DNA of 64,000 bases, taken from Patescibacteria group bacterium. Lineage in GTDB: Bacteria > Patescibacteriota > Minisyncoccia > UBA6257 > 2-01-FULL-56-20. Under the pieces are notes generated by a model, which was given only the letters and a program-made list of their open reading frames with translations, was not told the DNA's origin and did no database searches. Below are positions 1-9,405 of the stretch, one piece after another. Where the stretch lies: the NCBI GenBank assembly GCA_038063755.1, contig JBBTUL010000008.1, positions 17,910 to 81,909 of the forward strand, written 5' to 3'. Both the position numbers and the translations under genes were made by a program. The first letter of the stretch is position 1; the number at the start of each line of letters is the position of its first letter.

Positions 1-2
1 CG

Positions 3-50
3 GTTCCCAAGAATATCGAGGCGCTTATCGTAGAAGGAAAGAAGAAGTAA
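3..50 (+). CDS. 3' end of an upstream gene running off the window start. Only about 15 codons are visible, ending ...ALIVEGKKK before a stop, so identity is unknown.
   Basis: Open frame from the window edge to TAA at 48-50; tuf follows. Confidence 0.2.
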   Translation, partial: VPKNIEALIVEGKKK

Positions 51-307
51 TCCTTGTTTTTCCGGGAACCGGTGTCCGCCCGTTGCTACGGTCGGCACCT
101 GCCGCTCGGTCCTCGACAGACCTCCGCGAGCTTCCCGAAAAACCAATGATTACTTTGCGGTGCATACGGGAACGTTGACACGTTCGACAGGCTCAGTGTC
201 AATCCTGAGCGGAGGTCAAAGGATTGACAAAATAAGGCTAAGCGGTACACTCTAGGGTACAAAGAAGATAATAAAAACAGGTCAAAAATAAACAAATATA
301 AAAACCA

Positions 308-1507
308 ATGGCGGAAAAAGAAAAATTTACACGTGGAAAGCCGCACGTAAACGTTGGAACCATCGGTCACGTTGACCATGGAAAGACCACGCTTACCGCA
401 GCAATTACCCACATTCAGCACATTCGAGGCTTTGCAAAAAAAGCGGAAGGAGTCGATCAAATTGACAACGCTCCGGAAGAGAAGGCGCGCGGTATCACGA
501 TCGCACTTCACCACTCCGAGTATGAATCAGAGAAGCGTCATTATGCGCACGTTGACGCTCCCGGGCACGCAGACTACATCAAAAACATGATTACTGGTGC
601 CGCGCAGATGGACGGAGCAATCCTTGTCGTCGCAGCAACAGACGGTCCGATGCCGCAGACTCGAGAACATATCTTGCTCGCTCGTCAGGTTGGCGTGCCA
701 GCGATGGTTGTTTTCTTAAACAAGGTTGACATGGTGGATGACCCAGAGCTTATCGATCTCGTTGAATCCGAAGTGCGCGAGCTTTTGAAGAAATATGAAT
801 TTCCGGGAGACACAACCCCAATCATCCGCGGTTCGGCGCTTAAAGCATTAAACGCCCCCACGGCAGAAAGCCCGGATGCGCAGTGCATCATCGAGCTCAT
901 AAAAGCACTTGACGACTTCATTCCGGAACCGGTCCGCGAACTCGACAAGCCAGCCCTTATGCCAATCGAAGATATTTTCTCGATTGAGGGACGTGGAACC
1001 GTGGTAACCGGCCGATTGGAGCGCGGAAAGCTCAAGGTGAACGAAGAAGTCGAAGTTATCGGTCTTCGCGATACCCAAAAGACGGTTGTTACCGGAATCG
1101 AAATGTTCAATAAGCTTCTTGACGAAGGTATCGCCGGAGACAACGTTGGAATCTTGCTTCGCGGACTCAAGAAAGAAGATGTGGAGCGCGGTCAGGTTAT
1201 TGCAAAGCCGGGAAGCGTAACGCCGCACACCGAGTTCGAGTGTGAAGTGTACGTTCTCTCGAAGGAAGAAGGCGGACGACACACCCCATTCTTTGCTGGT
1301 TACAAGCCTCAGTTCTATATTCGAACGACAGACGTTACCGGTGAGGTGATACTTCCGGCAGGAACCGAAATGGTTATGCCTGGAGACACCATCAAGGTAA
1401 CCGTCAAGCTCATCGCCCCCGTTGCGCTCGAAGAGAAACAGCGCTTCGCTATTCGAGAAGGAGGAAAGACTGTCGGTGCGGGAGTCGTGACAAAGATCGT
1501 AAAGTAA
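308..1507 (+). CDS. tuf: Elongation factor Tu
   Basis: N-terminus [24 protein letters not shown] with the G1-G4 GTPase motifs; 399 aa; typical EF-Tu C-terminus. Confidence 0.97.
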   Translation: MAEKEKFTRGKPHVNVGTIGHVDHGKTTLTAAITHIQHIRGFAKKAEGVDQIDNAPEEKARGITIALHHSEYESEKRHYAHVDAPGHADYIKNMITGAAQMDGAILVVAATDGPMPQTREHILLARQVGVPAMVVFLNKVDMVDDPELIDLVESEVRELLKKYEFPGDTTPIIRGSALKALNAPTAESPDAQCIIELIKALDDFIPEPVRELDKPALMPIEDIFSIEGRGTVVTGRLERGKLKVNEEVEVIGLRDTQKTVVTGIEMFNKLLDEGIAGDNVGILLRGLKKEDVERGQVIAKPGSVTPHTEFECEVYVLSKEEGGRHTPFFAGYKPQFYIRTTDVTGEVILPAGTEMVMPGDTIKVTVKLIAPVALEEKQRFAIREGGKTVGAGVVTKIVK

Positions 1508-1536
1508 GTATCGCTTAAATTAGCTCATCGAACTTC

Positions 1537-1866
1537 ATGGCAAAAAAAGAAACCGATTCACCTCAAAAGCTTAGGCTTCGTATCAGGGCGTATGATCACA
1601 AGCTTATCGACAATTCTTCGCGGCAGATTATCGAAACCGCAGAGAAAAATGACGCAAAGATCATCGGACCGATTCCGCTCCCAACCGAGATGAAGAAGTA
1701 CACCGTGAACCGTTCGACCAACATCGACAAAAACTCACGAGAACAGTTTGAGCTCCGCGTACATAAGCGCTTGATAGATATCTCGAATCCCAGCCAGAAA
1801 ATTATCGAATCTCTTTCGAATCTAAATCTTCCGGCTGGTGTGGATATTGAGATAAAGATTATGTAG
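1537..1866 (+). CDS. rpsJ: 30S ribosomal protein S10
   Basis: [18 protein letters not shown]...[27 protein letters not shown] matches uS10; directly follows tuf. Confidence 0.95.
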   Translation: MAKKETDSPQKLRLRIRAYDHKLIDNSSRQIIETAEKNDAKIIGPIPLPTEMKKYTVNRSTNIDKNSREQFELRVHKRLIDISNPSQKIIESLSNLNLPAGVDIEIKIM

Positions 1867-1893
1867 CGAAGGAAAAAGTGAGACACCAAAAAA

Positions 1894-1919
1894 CCTCCAG
1901 TAAAAGCTGGAGGTTTTTT
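1894..1919 (+). terminator. Rho-independent terminator after rpsJ
   Basis: CCTCCAG-taaaag-CTGGAGG hairpin followed by TTTTTT. Confidence 0.6.
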
Positions 1920-1993
1920 GGTGTCACGGAAATCATTGACACGTCGATGTATCTCATTTATAAGAAGGGTAGCATTTCGAGAGGAGAGGGCGT

Positions 1994-2398
1994 GTGAAGA
2001 AAAAGATAGACTATCTGATTTCATATCTCATAATGCGCCCTAGCGGTTTTTTCGCCGAAATGACCGTTGACCCAAAAAGACCCGATGTAACCGCCTTTCT
2101 TATTGAGGAAATCCCTTTTTCATTCGAGAGCGAGCAACCGAAGCTCCAAGAGCCGGAGCGATGGACTCCTGCTGCGTATGCCGCTTGGCGGTCGGCGATA
2201 ATTGAGGTGAATCGTATTATCGAAGAAGCAAATAGATTACTTGCCGAGAAGGACGACGAGATTGCTCCTTCCCGTGTGAGTAACCCCATCCTGCGTCTTG
2301 TAGTAGGCGGAAACGCAACTCTCACGATCAGCAAAGGTATCGGGGGGATATTACCGACTTTGCCGCTTCCTACGGGACCATTACCTCAGCCGGCCTAA
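1994..2398 (+). CDS. Hypothetical protein inserted between rpsJ and rplC
   Basis: GTG start 8 nt after a GAGGAGAGGG Shine-Dalgarno; 134 aa with no recognisable family; flanked by its own terminators. Confidence 0.45.
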   Translation: MKKKIDYLISYLIMRPSGFFAEMTVDPKRPDVTAFLIEEIPFSFESEQPKLQEPERWTPAAYAAWRSAIIEVNRIIEEANRLLAEKDDEIAPSRVSNPILRLVVGGNATLTISKGIGGILPTLPLPTGPLPQPA

Positions 2399-2412
2399 AA
2401 AGCCGGTTTTTT
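2390..2412 (+). terminator. Rho-independent terminator
   Basis: CCGGC-ctaaaaa-GCCGG hairpin followed by TTTTTTG. Confidence 0.5.
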
Positions 2413-2446
2413 GTTTGACAAGGTGCGGATGTTTTGTATATCCGAG

Positions 2447-2481
2447 GACGCTGTTGACACAAAGAGAGCCAGGTACTAATA
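2447..2481 (+). promoter_or_regulatory. Sigma70-like promoter driving rplC and downstream genes
   Basis: TTGACA, 17-nt spacer, TAATAT. Confidence 0.45.
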
Positions 2482-2693
2482 TATGCAGGTTCCCTTTAAT
2501 GGACATTTTAAGTTAAGTCTTAGGATGTTTTCACAAGGATAGCCGCTGCCCTGGCTACGCCTTGGCAGTTTTTGTTAGGTTTTGTTTTGTGAGCGCGACC
2601 TCTAGGGTGCGCGAATGATTACAAAACCTTACATCCCGCCTGCGGCGGGATAACGATTTTCTTAACTCGTTACGCTCGTAAACAAAATCAGTT
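2482..2693 (+). promoter_or_regulatory. Structured ~210-nt 5' leader of the rplC transcription unit; a possible r-protein autoregulatory leader.
   Basis: Several stable hairpins before the rplC start, e.g. CTGCC..GGCAG and ATCCCGCC-tgc-GGCGGGAT. Function is inferred only. Confidence 0.25.
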
Positions 2694-3236
2694 ATGTTTA
2701 TTCTCGGTAAAAAATCGAAAATGACTCAGATCTGGAAGGATGGAAAAATCGTACCCGTTACGACTATTTCGGCTCCCGCAAATACTGTCTCGCAAGTTCG
2801 GACGAAAGAAAAAGACACTTACGAAGCAGTCCAGCTTTCGCTCGGAAAAACAAAAAGAGAATTTAAAAAGACAAAAAGCGATTTAAAGAAGGGCGACACG
2901 GTAACCGTCGAAGCGTTCAAAGAGGGCGATGTGGTTCGCGTAAGCGGTCTTACAAAAGGAAGAGGATTTCAAGGAGTTGTGAAGCGACATGGATTTCATG
3001 GTGGACCAAAAACGCACGGTCAAAAAAACAGGCTTCGTGCGCCAGGATCAATCGGGAGCACCGCTCCGCAGCGAGTCTGGCCAGGAAGGCGCATGGCAGG
3101 ACACATGGGCGTCGAACGTATTAGCGTAAAAAATCTTGTTATCGCCGCGATCGATGCTGAGAAAAATTTGCTTTTGATAAAAGGCGCTGTTCCGGGACAC
3201 ATCGGATCAATTCTTGAAATAGAAACCTTGAAATAA
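2694..3236 (+). CDS. rplC: 50S ribosomal protein L3
   Basis: MFILGKKSKMTQIW N-terminus and uL3 core motifs; operon context. Confidence 0.93.
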   Translation: MFILGKKSKMTQIWKDGKIVPVTTISAPANTVSQVRTKEKDTYEAVQLSLGKTKREFKKTKSDLKKGDTVTVEAFKEGDVVRVSGLTKGRGFQGVVKRHGFHGGPKTHGQKNRLRAPGSIGSTAPQRVWPGRRMAGHMGVERISVKNLVIAAIDAEKNLLLIKGAVPGHIGSILEIETLK

Positions 3237-3238
3237 TC

Positions 3239-3874
3239 ATGAAGCTTGAGACATATAATTTAAAAAACGAGAAGGTGGGCACCGTAGATGCCTCGGATGC
3301 TCTCTTTGCCGCTCCCTGGAAGCCGAAACTTGTTGAGCAGGTTCTTTTAGCACAGCTCGCGAATCTTCGCCGGCCGTGGGCGCACGCGAAGGGGAGAGGA
3401 GAGGTCTCCGGTGGAGGCAGAAAACCGTGGCGACAGAAGGGAACCGGCCGTGCGCGACACGGATCAATTCGTTCTCCGCTTTGGCGAGGAGGCGGAAAGG
3501 CTCACGGCCCGACAAATACGAGAGATTATAGCGAAAAAGTGAATAAAAAGATGCGCCAAGGAGCACTCGCCTGCATGCTGTCGAGAAAGCTCAAGATGGG
3601 TGAAGTGAAGGTGTTCGAATCGCTTGTGTTTGAAAAAGCAAAGACAAAGCTAGTTGCGACAACACTCGCTTCTATCCTTGGAATGAAAAAGAACGCAAAA
3701 CGGTATGATGTTTTGCTTGTCCCTGATTTACAGAACAAAAACCTGGTTCGCGCGGCGCGCAACCTTGTAAAAACGAAGGTTTCGCAAGCGCCGTCTTTGA
3801 ACGTGTATGATCTTACGAACTATAAAAATATTTTTATCGACGAAAAGGCGATAAAAGAACTTTCAAAAGTATAA
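3239..3874 (+). CDS. rplD: 50S ribosomal protein L4
   Basis: GGGRKPWRQKGTGRARHGS motif typical of uL4. Confidence 0.93.
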   Translation: MKLETYNLKNEKVGTVDASDALFAAPWKPKLVEQVLLAQLANLRRPWAHAKGRGEVSGGGRKPWRQKGTGRARHGSIRSPLWRGGGKAHGPTNTRDYSEKVNKKMRQGALACMLSRKLKMGEVKVFESLVFEKAKTKLVATTLASILGMKKNAKRYDVLLVPDLQNKNLVRAARNLVKTKVSQAPSLNVYDLTNYKNIFIDEKAIKELSKV

Positions 3875-3877
3875 ATC

Positions 3878-4156
3878 ATGAGCGTCTCACACATTAAAAA
3901 ATTAGTTGTGACAGAAAAAAGTACCGGCATGCAAGGCCAGGGCAAGTATGTTTTTGTTGTTGACTCCGACACGACGAAAAACGAGATCCGAAAAGCGATC
4001 GAGACTATTTACCATGTGAAAGTGGTTTCGGTAGATACGAACACCCGCAAGCCAAAAACGAAAAGGTTTCGTGGAGTGAAGAGTTTGCGTGGCGGATCAA
4101 AGCGGGCTATCGTCACCCTGAAAAAAGGACAAACGATCGACATTCATAAGACCTAA
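3878..4156 (+). CDS. rplW: 50S ribosomal protein L23
   Basis: 92 aa; uL23 pattern KYVFVVDSDTTKNEIRKAIE; position between L4 and L2. Confidence 0.9.
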   Translation: MSVSHIKKLVVTEKSTGMQGQGKYVFVVDSDTTKNEIRKAIETIYHVKVVSVDTNTRKPKTKRFRGVKSLRGGSKRAIVTLKKGQTIDIHKT

Positions 4157-4165
4157 AATACATTT

Positions 4166-4993
4166 ATGAAATCTTACTCTCCAACGTCACCATCGAGACG
4201 GCATATCACCAATGTCGACTACGATATTATTACGACAAATAAGCCCCACAAACAACTCACGAAGCGATTGAAGTCGAGAGCGGGAAGAAACTCTGCTGGG
4301 AGAATAACCGTTCGTCACCAGGGCGGGGGCAATAAGAGAATGTATCGAATGCTCGATTTCAAGCAAAACAGGTTGAACATTGCGGCAGCTGTTGAGACCA
4401 TCGAATACGACCCGTATCGAACCGCGTTCATCGCCCTTGTAAGGTACACCGATGGAAAGAGAGCATACATTTTGGCACCGCACGGAGTAAGTGTTGGCAT
4501 GGAAATTCTTACTGCACCGAATGCTCTGCCGAAGCTTGGGAACAGGCTTGAACTCAGGAATATCATCGTGGGAACGCAGATTCATAATATAGAGCTTATT
4601 CCCGGCCAGGGCGCGAAACTTGCTCGTTCTGCCGGTTCTTATGCCGAGGTGCTCGCGAATGCCGATGGCTATACCGACCTAAAGCTCTCTTCGGGAGAAA
4701 TTCGACGCGTACTCTGGAGTGCATACGCCTCTATTGGACAGGTTTCAAATATAGAGCACAATCTGGTGAACATTGGAAAGGCTGGACGATCGCGATGGTT
4801 GGGAATTCGTCCGACCGTTCGTGGATCGGTTATGAATCCTGTTGATCACCCATACGGAGGAGGAGAGGGAAGAACACAGCGCGGAACGAGAAAGCCAAAA
4901 ACGCTCTGGGGTAAGGTAACCGGAGGAAGGAAGACTCGAAACAGGAGAAAGCGGTCGAATCGCCTTATCGTGAAACGAAGAAATAAAAAATAA
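4166..4993 (+). CDS. rplB: 50S ribosomal protein L2
   Basis: 275 aa; uL2 motifs including [16 protein letters not shown] and the conserved C-terminal HPYGGGEGR. Confidence 0.96.
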   Translation: MKSYSPTSPSRRHITNVDYDIITTNKPHKQLTKRLKSRAGRNSAGRITVRHQGGGNKRMYRMLDFKQNRLNIAAAVETIEYDPYRTAFIALVRYTDGKRAYILAPHGVSVGMEILTAPNALPKLGNRLELRNIIVGTQIHNIELIPGQGAKLARSAGSYAEVLANADGYTDLKLSSGEIRRVLWSAYASIGQVSNIEHNLVNIGKAGRSRWLGIRPTVRGSVMNPVDHPYGGGEGRTQRGTRKPKTLWGKVTGGRKTRNRRKRSNRLIVKRRNKK

Positions 4994-4995
4994 CC

Positions 4996-5307
4996 ATGTC
5001 TCGATCATCTAAAAAAGGACCGTTCGTAGATCCAAGCGTACTCAAAAAGATTGCGCGACAAAAGCCGGATGGAGGCCCCATTAAAACGTGGTCTCGTGCA
5101 TCAGAAATTTCACCGGAAATGGTCGGATATCTTTTCGCAGTACACAACGGGAAGATTTTTATTGAGGTGAGAATTACCGAGGACATGGTCGGACACCGTC
5201 TCGGAGAGTTTTCTCCTACAAGAAAGTTTGTAAAGCACGGAGGAAAGATGCAAAAAGAAATCGAACAAAAAGCAACGCAAACTGCCCAGCCTGAGGCGAA
5301 GAAATAA
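4996..5307 (+). CDS. rpsS: 30S ribosomal protein S19
   Basis: [13 protein letters not shown]...[19 protein letters not shown] uS19 signature. Confidence 0.94.
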   Translation: MSRSSKKGPFVDPSVLKKIARQKPDGGPIKTWSRASEISPEMVGYLFAVHNGKIFIEVRITEDMVGHRLGEFSPTRKFVKHGGKMQKEIEQKATQTAQPEAKK

Positions 5308-5318
5308 TCATTATTATC

Positions 5319-5828
5319 ATGAAACAACACAGCGCAACAGTTCGATATTTGCGAATCGCCCCGAGAAAGGTTCGGTCTATTGCAGATTTAATCCGCGGTT
5401 TATCGATTAATGAAGCGGAGGCACAGCTTATTTTCCATTCCAGGCGTCCTGCACAGCCGCTTTTGAAGCTTTTACGATCGGCCGTTTCCGGAGCAAAAGA
5501 AAAAAAGCTTGAAATCGAAAAGCTTTTTATTAAAGAGATCCGTGTTAATCAAGGGCCGATGCTTAAGCGATACCTTCCGCGCGCGCGCGGTTCGGCTTCT
5601 CCGATTGAGAAGAAGATGAGCCACGTTACTATTGTGCTCGAAGAGCATGCAGCGCCAAAGAAAAATAGATTTACCATCGTTGTTTCAAAGAAGGTAAAGA
5701 CAAGCCAGCCAAAAACCGGTCCGCGCGAAAAGAAGGGTGAAGAGGAAGAAGGAGGACCAGTGAGGCCATCTAAGACGCCCGGATTCTTCAAACGGACATT
5801 TAGTCGAAAAGCAGGCTTTGCTAAATAA
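5319..5828 (+). CDS. rplV: 50S ribosomal protein L22 with a ~50-aa K/E-rich C-terminal extension
   Basis: uL22 core ARKVRSIADLIRGLSINEAEAQL; unusually long at 169 aa. Confidence 0.9.
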   Translation: MKQHSATVRYLRIAPRKVRSIADLIRGLSINEAEAQLIFHSRRPAQPLLKLLRSAVSGAKEKKLEIEKLFIKEIRVNQGPMLKRYLPRARGSASPIEKKMSHVTIVLEEHAAPKKNRFTIVVSKKVKTSQPKTGPREKKGEEEEGGPVRPSKTPGFFKRTFSRKAGFAK

Positions 5829-5837
5829 AAGAATAAG

Positions 5838-5866
5838 TTGCATTACCCAGGAATACTGGTTATAAT
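5838..5866 (+). promoter_or_regulatory. Putative internal promoter upstream of rpsC
   Basis: TTGCAT, 17-nt spacer, TATAAT in the rplV-rpsC intergenic region. Confidence 0.35.
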
Positions 5867-5884
5867 CGGCGCACAGACAAGGAC

Positions 5885-6631
5885 ATGGGACAAAAGATAA
5901 ATCCACAATCACTAAGAATCGGAATAACCAAAGGCTGGTCATCGCGCTGGTTCTTTTCCTCCATGCCGACGAACAAGGGAACGGCGACTTTAACTCGGAA
6001 GCAGCTATATGCAAAATTTCTTGAGGAGGACGTTGCCATCCGAAAGATTATATATGAAAGAATCGGAACTGCTGGGATCGCAGGAATTGTGATTGAGCGA
6101 ACGCCGAACGACGTAAAAATTTTTATAAAAGCTGCACGCCCAGGACTCGTGATCGGGAGGGGCGGGAAGGGCATTGAAGAGCTTACTGCCGCTATCGAGA
6201 AGATTCTGAAAAAAATTCGCGGCGACATGGGCAAGACGAGGCTGAGTGTGAATGTAGAGGAGCTGAAGCGAACCGAGGCTTCTTCGGCATATGTCGCCCA
6301 GCAAATTGCGTGGGATTTGGAAAAGCGCATGCCGTATCGCAGAACCATTAAAAAATATCTCGACCAACTCGCACAAAGCCGCGACGTAAAAGGAGCGAAA
6401 GTTCATCTTTCCGGCCGTTTGGGTGGAGCAGAAATTGCTCGCCGAGAAATGCTTCGATTCGGACCATTGCCGCTCCAGACGCTTCGTGCAGATATCGATT
6501 ACGGCACCGCAACTGCATTTACGACATACGGCACTATTGGAGTGAAGGTTTGGATTTATAAAGGAGAAATAGTTGAGAAGAAGAAGGGAGGCATGGATAA
6601 CAACTCTGGAGGACAAGATAGAAATCAGTAA
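5885..6631 (+). CDS. rpsC: 30S ribosomal protein S3
   Basis: MGQKINPQSLRIGITKGWSSRWF N-terminus and KH domain; 248 aa. Confidence 0.95.
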   Translation: MGQKINPQSLRIGITKGWSSRWFFSSMPTNKGTATLTRKQLYAKFLEEDVAIRKIIYERIGTAGIAGIVIERTPNDVKIFIKAARPGLVIGRGGKGIEELTAAIEKILKKIRGDMGKTRLSVNVEELKRTEASSAYVAQQIAWDLEKRMPYRRTIKKYLDQLAQSRDVKGAKVHLSGRLGGAEIARREMLRFGPLPLQTLRADIDYGTATAFTTYGTIGVKVWIYKGEIVEKKKGGMDNNSGGQDRNQ

Positions 6632-6636
6632 CCCCA

Positions 6637-7050
6637 ATGTTAATTCCAAAGAAAGTAAAACATAGGAAGTGGCACAAAGGACGCTCAAGAAGGCGCCTCG
6701 TTGAAACTCGAGGAACAACTTTGAGCTATGGACAGTTTGGCCTCAAGGCGCTGCAGCCAGCATGGCTTAACTCGCGACAGATTGAGGCTGCCCGCAGGAC
6801 CATCACGAACTTTTTGAAGCGTGAAGGACGTTTGTGGATCAGAGTCTTTCCGGATAAGCCCGTCACTATGCGCCCCCCGGAAGTTACCATGGGTGGCGGA
6901 AAGGGAAGCGTCGATCACTACGTTTTTCCGGTTCGTCCAGGACGGATTATTTTTGAAATTGATGGGGCAAGCCCGGACAAGATGAATGAAGCTCTTGTTC
7001 GAGCTGCGCACAAGCTTCCATTTAAAGCCAAGGTAGTGAAACGTGCATAA
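6637..7050 (+). CDS. rplP: 50S ribosomal protein L16
   Basis: MLIPKKVKHRKWHKGR...RQIEAARR uL16 signature. Confidence 0.95.
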   Translation: MLIPKKVKHRKWHKGRSRRRLVETRGTTLSYGQFGLKALQPAWLNSRQIEAARRTITNFLKREGRLWIRVFPDKPVTMRPPEVTMGGGKGSVDHYVFPVRPGRIIFEIDGASPDKMNEALVRAAHKLPFKAKVVKRA

Positions 7051-7060
7051 CGACATAATT

Positions 7061-7270
7061 ATGAAAAGAAAAGAAATCCAAACGTTGAAAATAGCAGGTG
7101 AGGCAGAGCTCGCCAAAAACCTTAAAGAATCACAAGATCGTCTTCGTGTTGTTACGTTCGAATACCATGCTGGAAAGGCACAAAGCTCAAAAGAGATTCA
7201 TGACATCAAGAAGACTATAGCGCGTATAAAAACATTCCTCCGCGAGAGGGAATTAGGAGCAAAAAAATAA
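7061..7270 (+). CDS. rpmC: 50S ribosomal protein L29
   Basis: [28 protein letters not shown] helical uL29 pattern. The start was moved to the internal Met to avoid overlap with rplP. Confidence 0.85.
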   Translation: MKRKEIQTLKIAGEAELAKNLKESQDRLRVVTFEYHAGKAQSSKEIHDIKKTIARIKTFLRERELGAKK

Positions 7271-7274
7271 TTCC

Positions 7275-7529
7275 ATGGAGAACACGAAAGCACAAGATAA
7301 AAAAAGAAGGCTTGAGGGGGTTGTTGTTTCTGCCAAGATGAAAAAAACCAGAGTCGTCGAGGTTGTAAGACTCAAGAAGCATTCAAAGTATTTGAAGTAC
7401 TACAAACTTTCCCATCGGTTTAAGGCTCACGACGAAGAGGAGAAATATGGACTCGGAGATAAGGTTGTAATTGAAGAGACAAGGCCAATTTCAAAGGAAA
7501 AGAGATGGATTATTATTGCTAAAATCTAA
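7275..7529 (+). CDS. rpsQ: 30S ribosomal protein S17
   Basis: [22 protein letters not shown]...[27 protein letters not shown] uS17 signature. Confidence 0.93.
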   Translation: MENTKAQDKKRRLEGVVVSAKMKKTRVVEVVRLKKHSKYLKYYKLSHRFKAHDEEEKYGLGDKVVIEETRPISKEKRWIIIAKI

Positions 7530-7531
7530 CC

Positions 7532-7900
7532 ATGATTCAAGAAAGATCAATTTTGAAAGTAGCGGATAATAGCGGCGCGAAAATCGTCCGTTGTTTTCGA
7601 ATACTGGGAGGAACCCGCCATCGCTATGCAAAAATAGGGGACATCATCGTCGCTTCGGTGCAAATCGCGGAGCCGCGGAAGGCGGTAAAAAAGAAAGACA
7701 TCATTCGAACGGTGGTTGTTCGTTCGCGCAAGGCGCTTCGAAGAAAAGACGGCTCGTATGTTCGATTCGACGAAAACGCGGTGGTGGTAGTTAACGCCAA
7801 GAATGAACCCGTTGCAACCCGTGTTTTCGGACCCCTTCCTAAGGAACTCAAGGAAAGAGGGTTTGAAAAAATAATGACCATGGCAGAAGAAATCGTATAA
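7532..7900 (+). CDS. rplN: 50S ribosomal protein L14
   Basis: MIQERSILKVADNSGAKIVRCFRILGG uL14 N-terminus; 122 aa. Confidence 0.96.
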   Translation: MIQERSILKVADNSGAKIVRCFRILGGTRHRYAKIGDIIVASVQIAEPRKAVKKKDIIRTVVVRSRKALRRKDGSYVRFDENAVVVVNAKNEPVATRVFGPLPKELKERGFEKIMTMAEEIV

Positions 7901-7918
7901 ATCAGAAAACAAACGATC

Positions 7919-8227
7919 ATGCACATCAAAAAGGGAGATCACGTACATATTGTTTTAGGAAAGGACCGCGGAAAGGAGGGGAAGGTTTTGCATGTTTTTC
8001 CGGAGAAAAACCGTGTTTCCATAGAGGGGGTCAATTTGTTCAAGAAGCGTTCCCGACCAAAAAAACAAGGAGAAAAAGGAGAGACCGTGCTGCTTCCCCG
8101 ATCAATTCATGTATCGAATATGCTTTTGGTTTGTAAAAATTGTAAAAAACCGGCACGAATGAGCCTTAAGAAAGAAGGCGGAAAAAAATCTCGATACTGC
8201 AAAAAGTGCGAAGCATTAAACGACTAA
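7919..8227 (+). CDS. rplX: 50S ribosomal protein L24 with an added C-terminal C4 zinc-ribbon
   Basis: KOW-type N-terminus IKKGDHVHIVLGKDRGKEGKV, followed by CKNCKK...CKKCEAL (CxxC-N16-CxxC). Confidence 0.88.
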   Translation: MHIKKGDHVHIVLGKDRGKEGKVLHVFPEKNRVSIEGVNLFKKRSRPKKQGEKGETVLLPRSIHVSNMLLVCKNCKKPARMSLKKEGGKKSRYCKKCEALND

Positions 8228-8231
8228 TCAT

Positions 8232-8810
8232 ATGACCACAACACACGGAAAAGAAAGAAGCGCGCACGCGCGAGAGGTTCGGAACATGCTTGAAAAAATT
8301 GTGATTACGGCTGGTGTAGGGAGGGCGAGCCAACAGGGAGGTTTCGAGGACAAGATACTTCCGCAGATCGTCCACGACCTTGAAATGATTGCCGGACAAA
8401 AGCCACAAGTCAGGCGCGCGAAGAAGTCTATCGCGGGCTTTAAGCTTCGTGAGGGACAGATCGTCGGGCTTCGAATAACGCTACGGCAGCAAAAAATGGT
8501 TGATTTTTTTGACCGCTTCATTAGAATAGTATTGCCTCGAGTGCATGACTTTCGTGGGATTGATCCCACATCGGTTGATGCTGGAGGAACTCTAAATACC
8601 GGAATACGTGAACACTATGTATTTCCAGAAATTAACCCAGAGGAGTCTTTAGTTAGTTTTTCTCTTGGAGTAAATATCGTCCCTCGGAAAAAAGGAAAAA
8701 GAGAAGCCGCCCTCGAATGGTACCGTGCAGGCGGAGTTCCTCTGCGTTCCCTGCCCGAGCCGAAAAAGAAGAAGGGATCAAAAAAGAAAAAAAAGGATCA
8801 AAAGAAATAA
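8232..8810 (+). CDS. rplE: 50S ribosomal protein L5 with a lysine-rich C-terminal tail
   Basis: uL5 core KIVITAGVG...FRGIDP...; tail PEPKKKKGSKKKKKDQKK. Confidence 0.92.
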   Translation: MTTTHGKERSAHAREVRNMLEKIVITAGVGRASQQGGFEDKILPQIVHDLEMIAGQKPQVRRAKKSIAGFKLREGQIVGLRITLRQQKMVDFFDRFIRIVLPRVHDFRGIDPTSVDAGGTLNTGIREHYVFPEINPEESLVSFSLGVNIVPRKKGKREAALEWYRAGGVPLRSLPEPKKKKGSKKKKKDQKK

Positions 8811-8816
8811 AGAAAT

Positions 8817-9002
8817 ATGGCTAAACAGTCGACCATCGCCCGAAGCAAAAAGAAACCAAAATTTTCAACACGTATCGTGCGGAGATGTTTTCGCTGTGGA
8901 AGAAGGCATGGATACATGAGGTCATTCGGTATTTGCAGAATCTGCTTCAGAGAGATGGCGACTCGCGGTGAAATTCCTGGTGTACGAAAATCATCATGGT
9001 AG
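8817..9002 (+). CDS. rpsN: 30S ribosomal protein S14, type Z (zinc-binding)
   Basis: 61 aa with [20 protein letters not shown] (CxxC...CxxC). Confidence 0.94.
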   Translation: MAKQSTIARSKKKPKFSTRIVRRCFRCGRRHGYMRSFGICRICFREMATRGEIPGVRKSSW

Positions 9003-9008
9003 AAAAAT

Positions 9009-9389
9009 ATGTACTATAATCTCCTTCCCAAAATTAAAAACGGATTTCGCGCTCGGAAAGAATCGATAACGGTTCCGTTTTCTCGCATGGACTTTGCGGT
9101 TTCGAAGGTTCTCGAAAATGGAGGCTACATTAGGGAAGTCGAGAAGCGGATGGTCGGAAAGAAGGCTTTTCTTGATATCGTTCTTGTGTATAAGAAAAAA
9201 GAGCCAACAATGAGCGATTTTAAAATCATAAGCAAACCGAGCCGTCACATGTACAAAGGATATCGCGAGATACGTCCCGTAAAACAGGGATATGGAACCA
9301 CGATTCTTTCGACGCCGAAAGGGATAATGACGGAGAAAGACGCCAGAAAGCAAAAAGTCGGAGGCGAGCATTTATTTGATATTTGGTAA
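9009..9389 (+). CDS. rpsH: 30S ribosomal protein S8
   Basis: uS8 pattern ...GYIREVE...GTTILSTPKGIMT; operon position. Confidence 0.92.
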   Translation: MYYNLLPKIKNGFRARKESITVPFSRMDFAVSKVLENGGYIREVEKRMVGKKAFLDIVLVYKKKEPTMSDFKIISKPSRHMYKGYREIRPVKQGYGTTILSTPKGIMTEKDARKQKVGGEHLFDIW

Positions 9390-9405
9390 TCATTTTTTAC
9401 ACAGA

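Noticed and set aside
86-1282. Minus-strand ORFs (86-514, 685-1170, 848-1282) antisense to tuf, and similar antisense ORFs throughout the ribosomal operon (e.g. 1596-2024, 3237-3566, 5860-6348, 6005-6718).
   Set aside because: They overlap highly conserved, confidently identified genes on the other strand. Their products are low-complexity and lack start/Shine-Dalgarno context. They are typical shadow ORFs.
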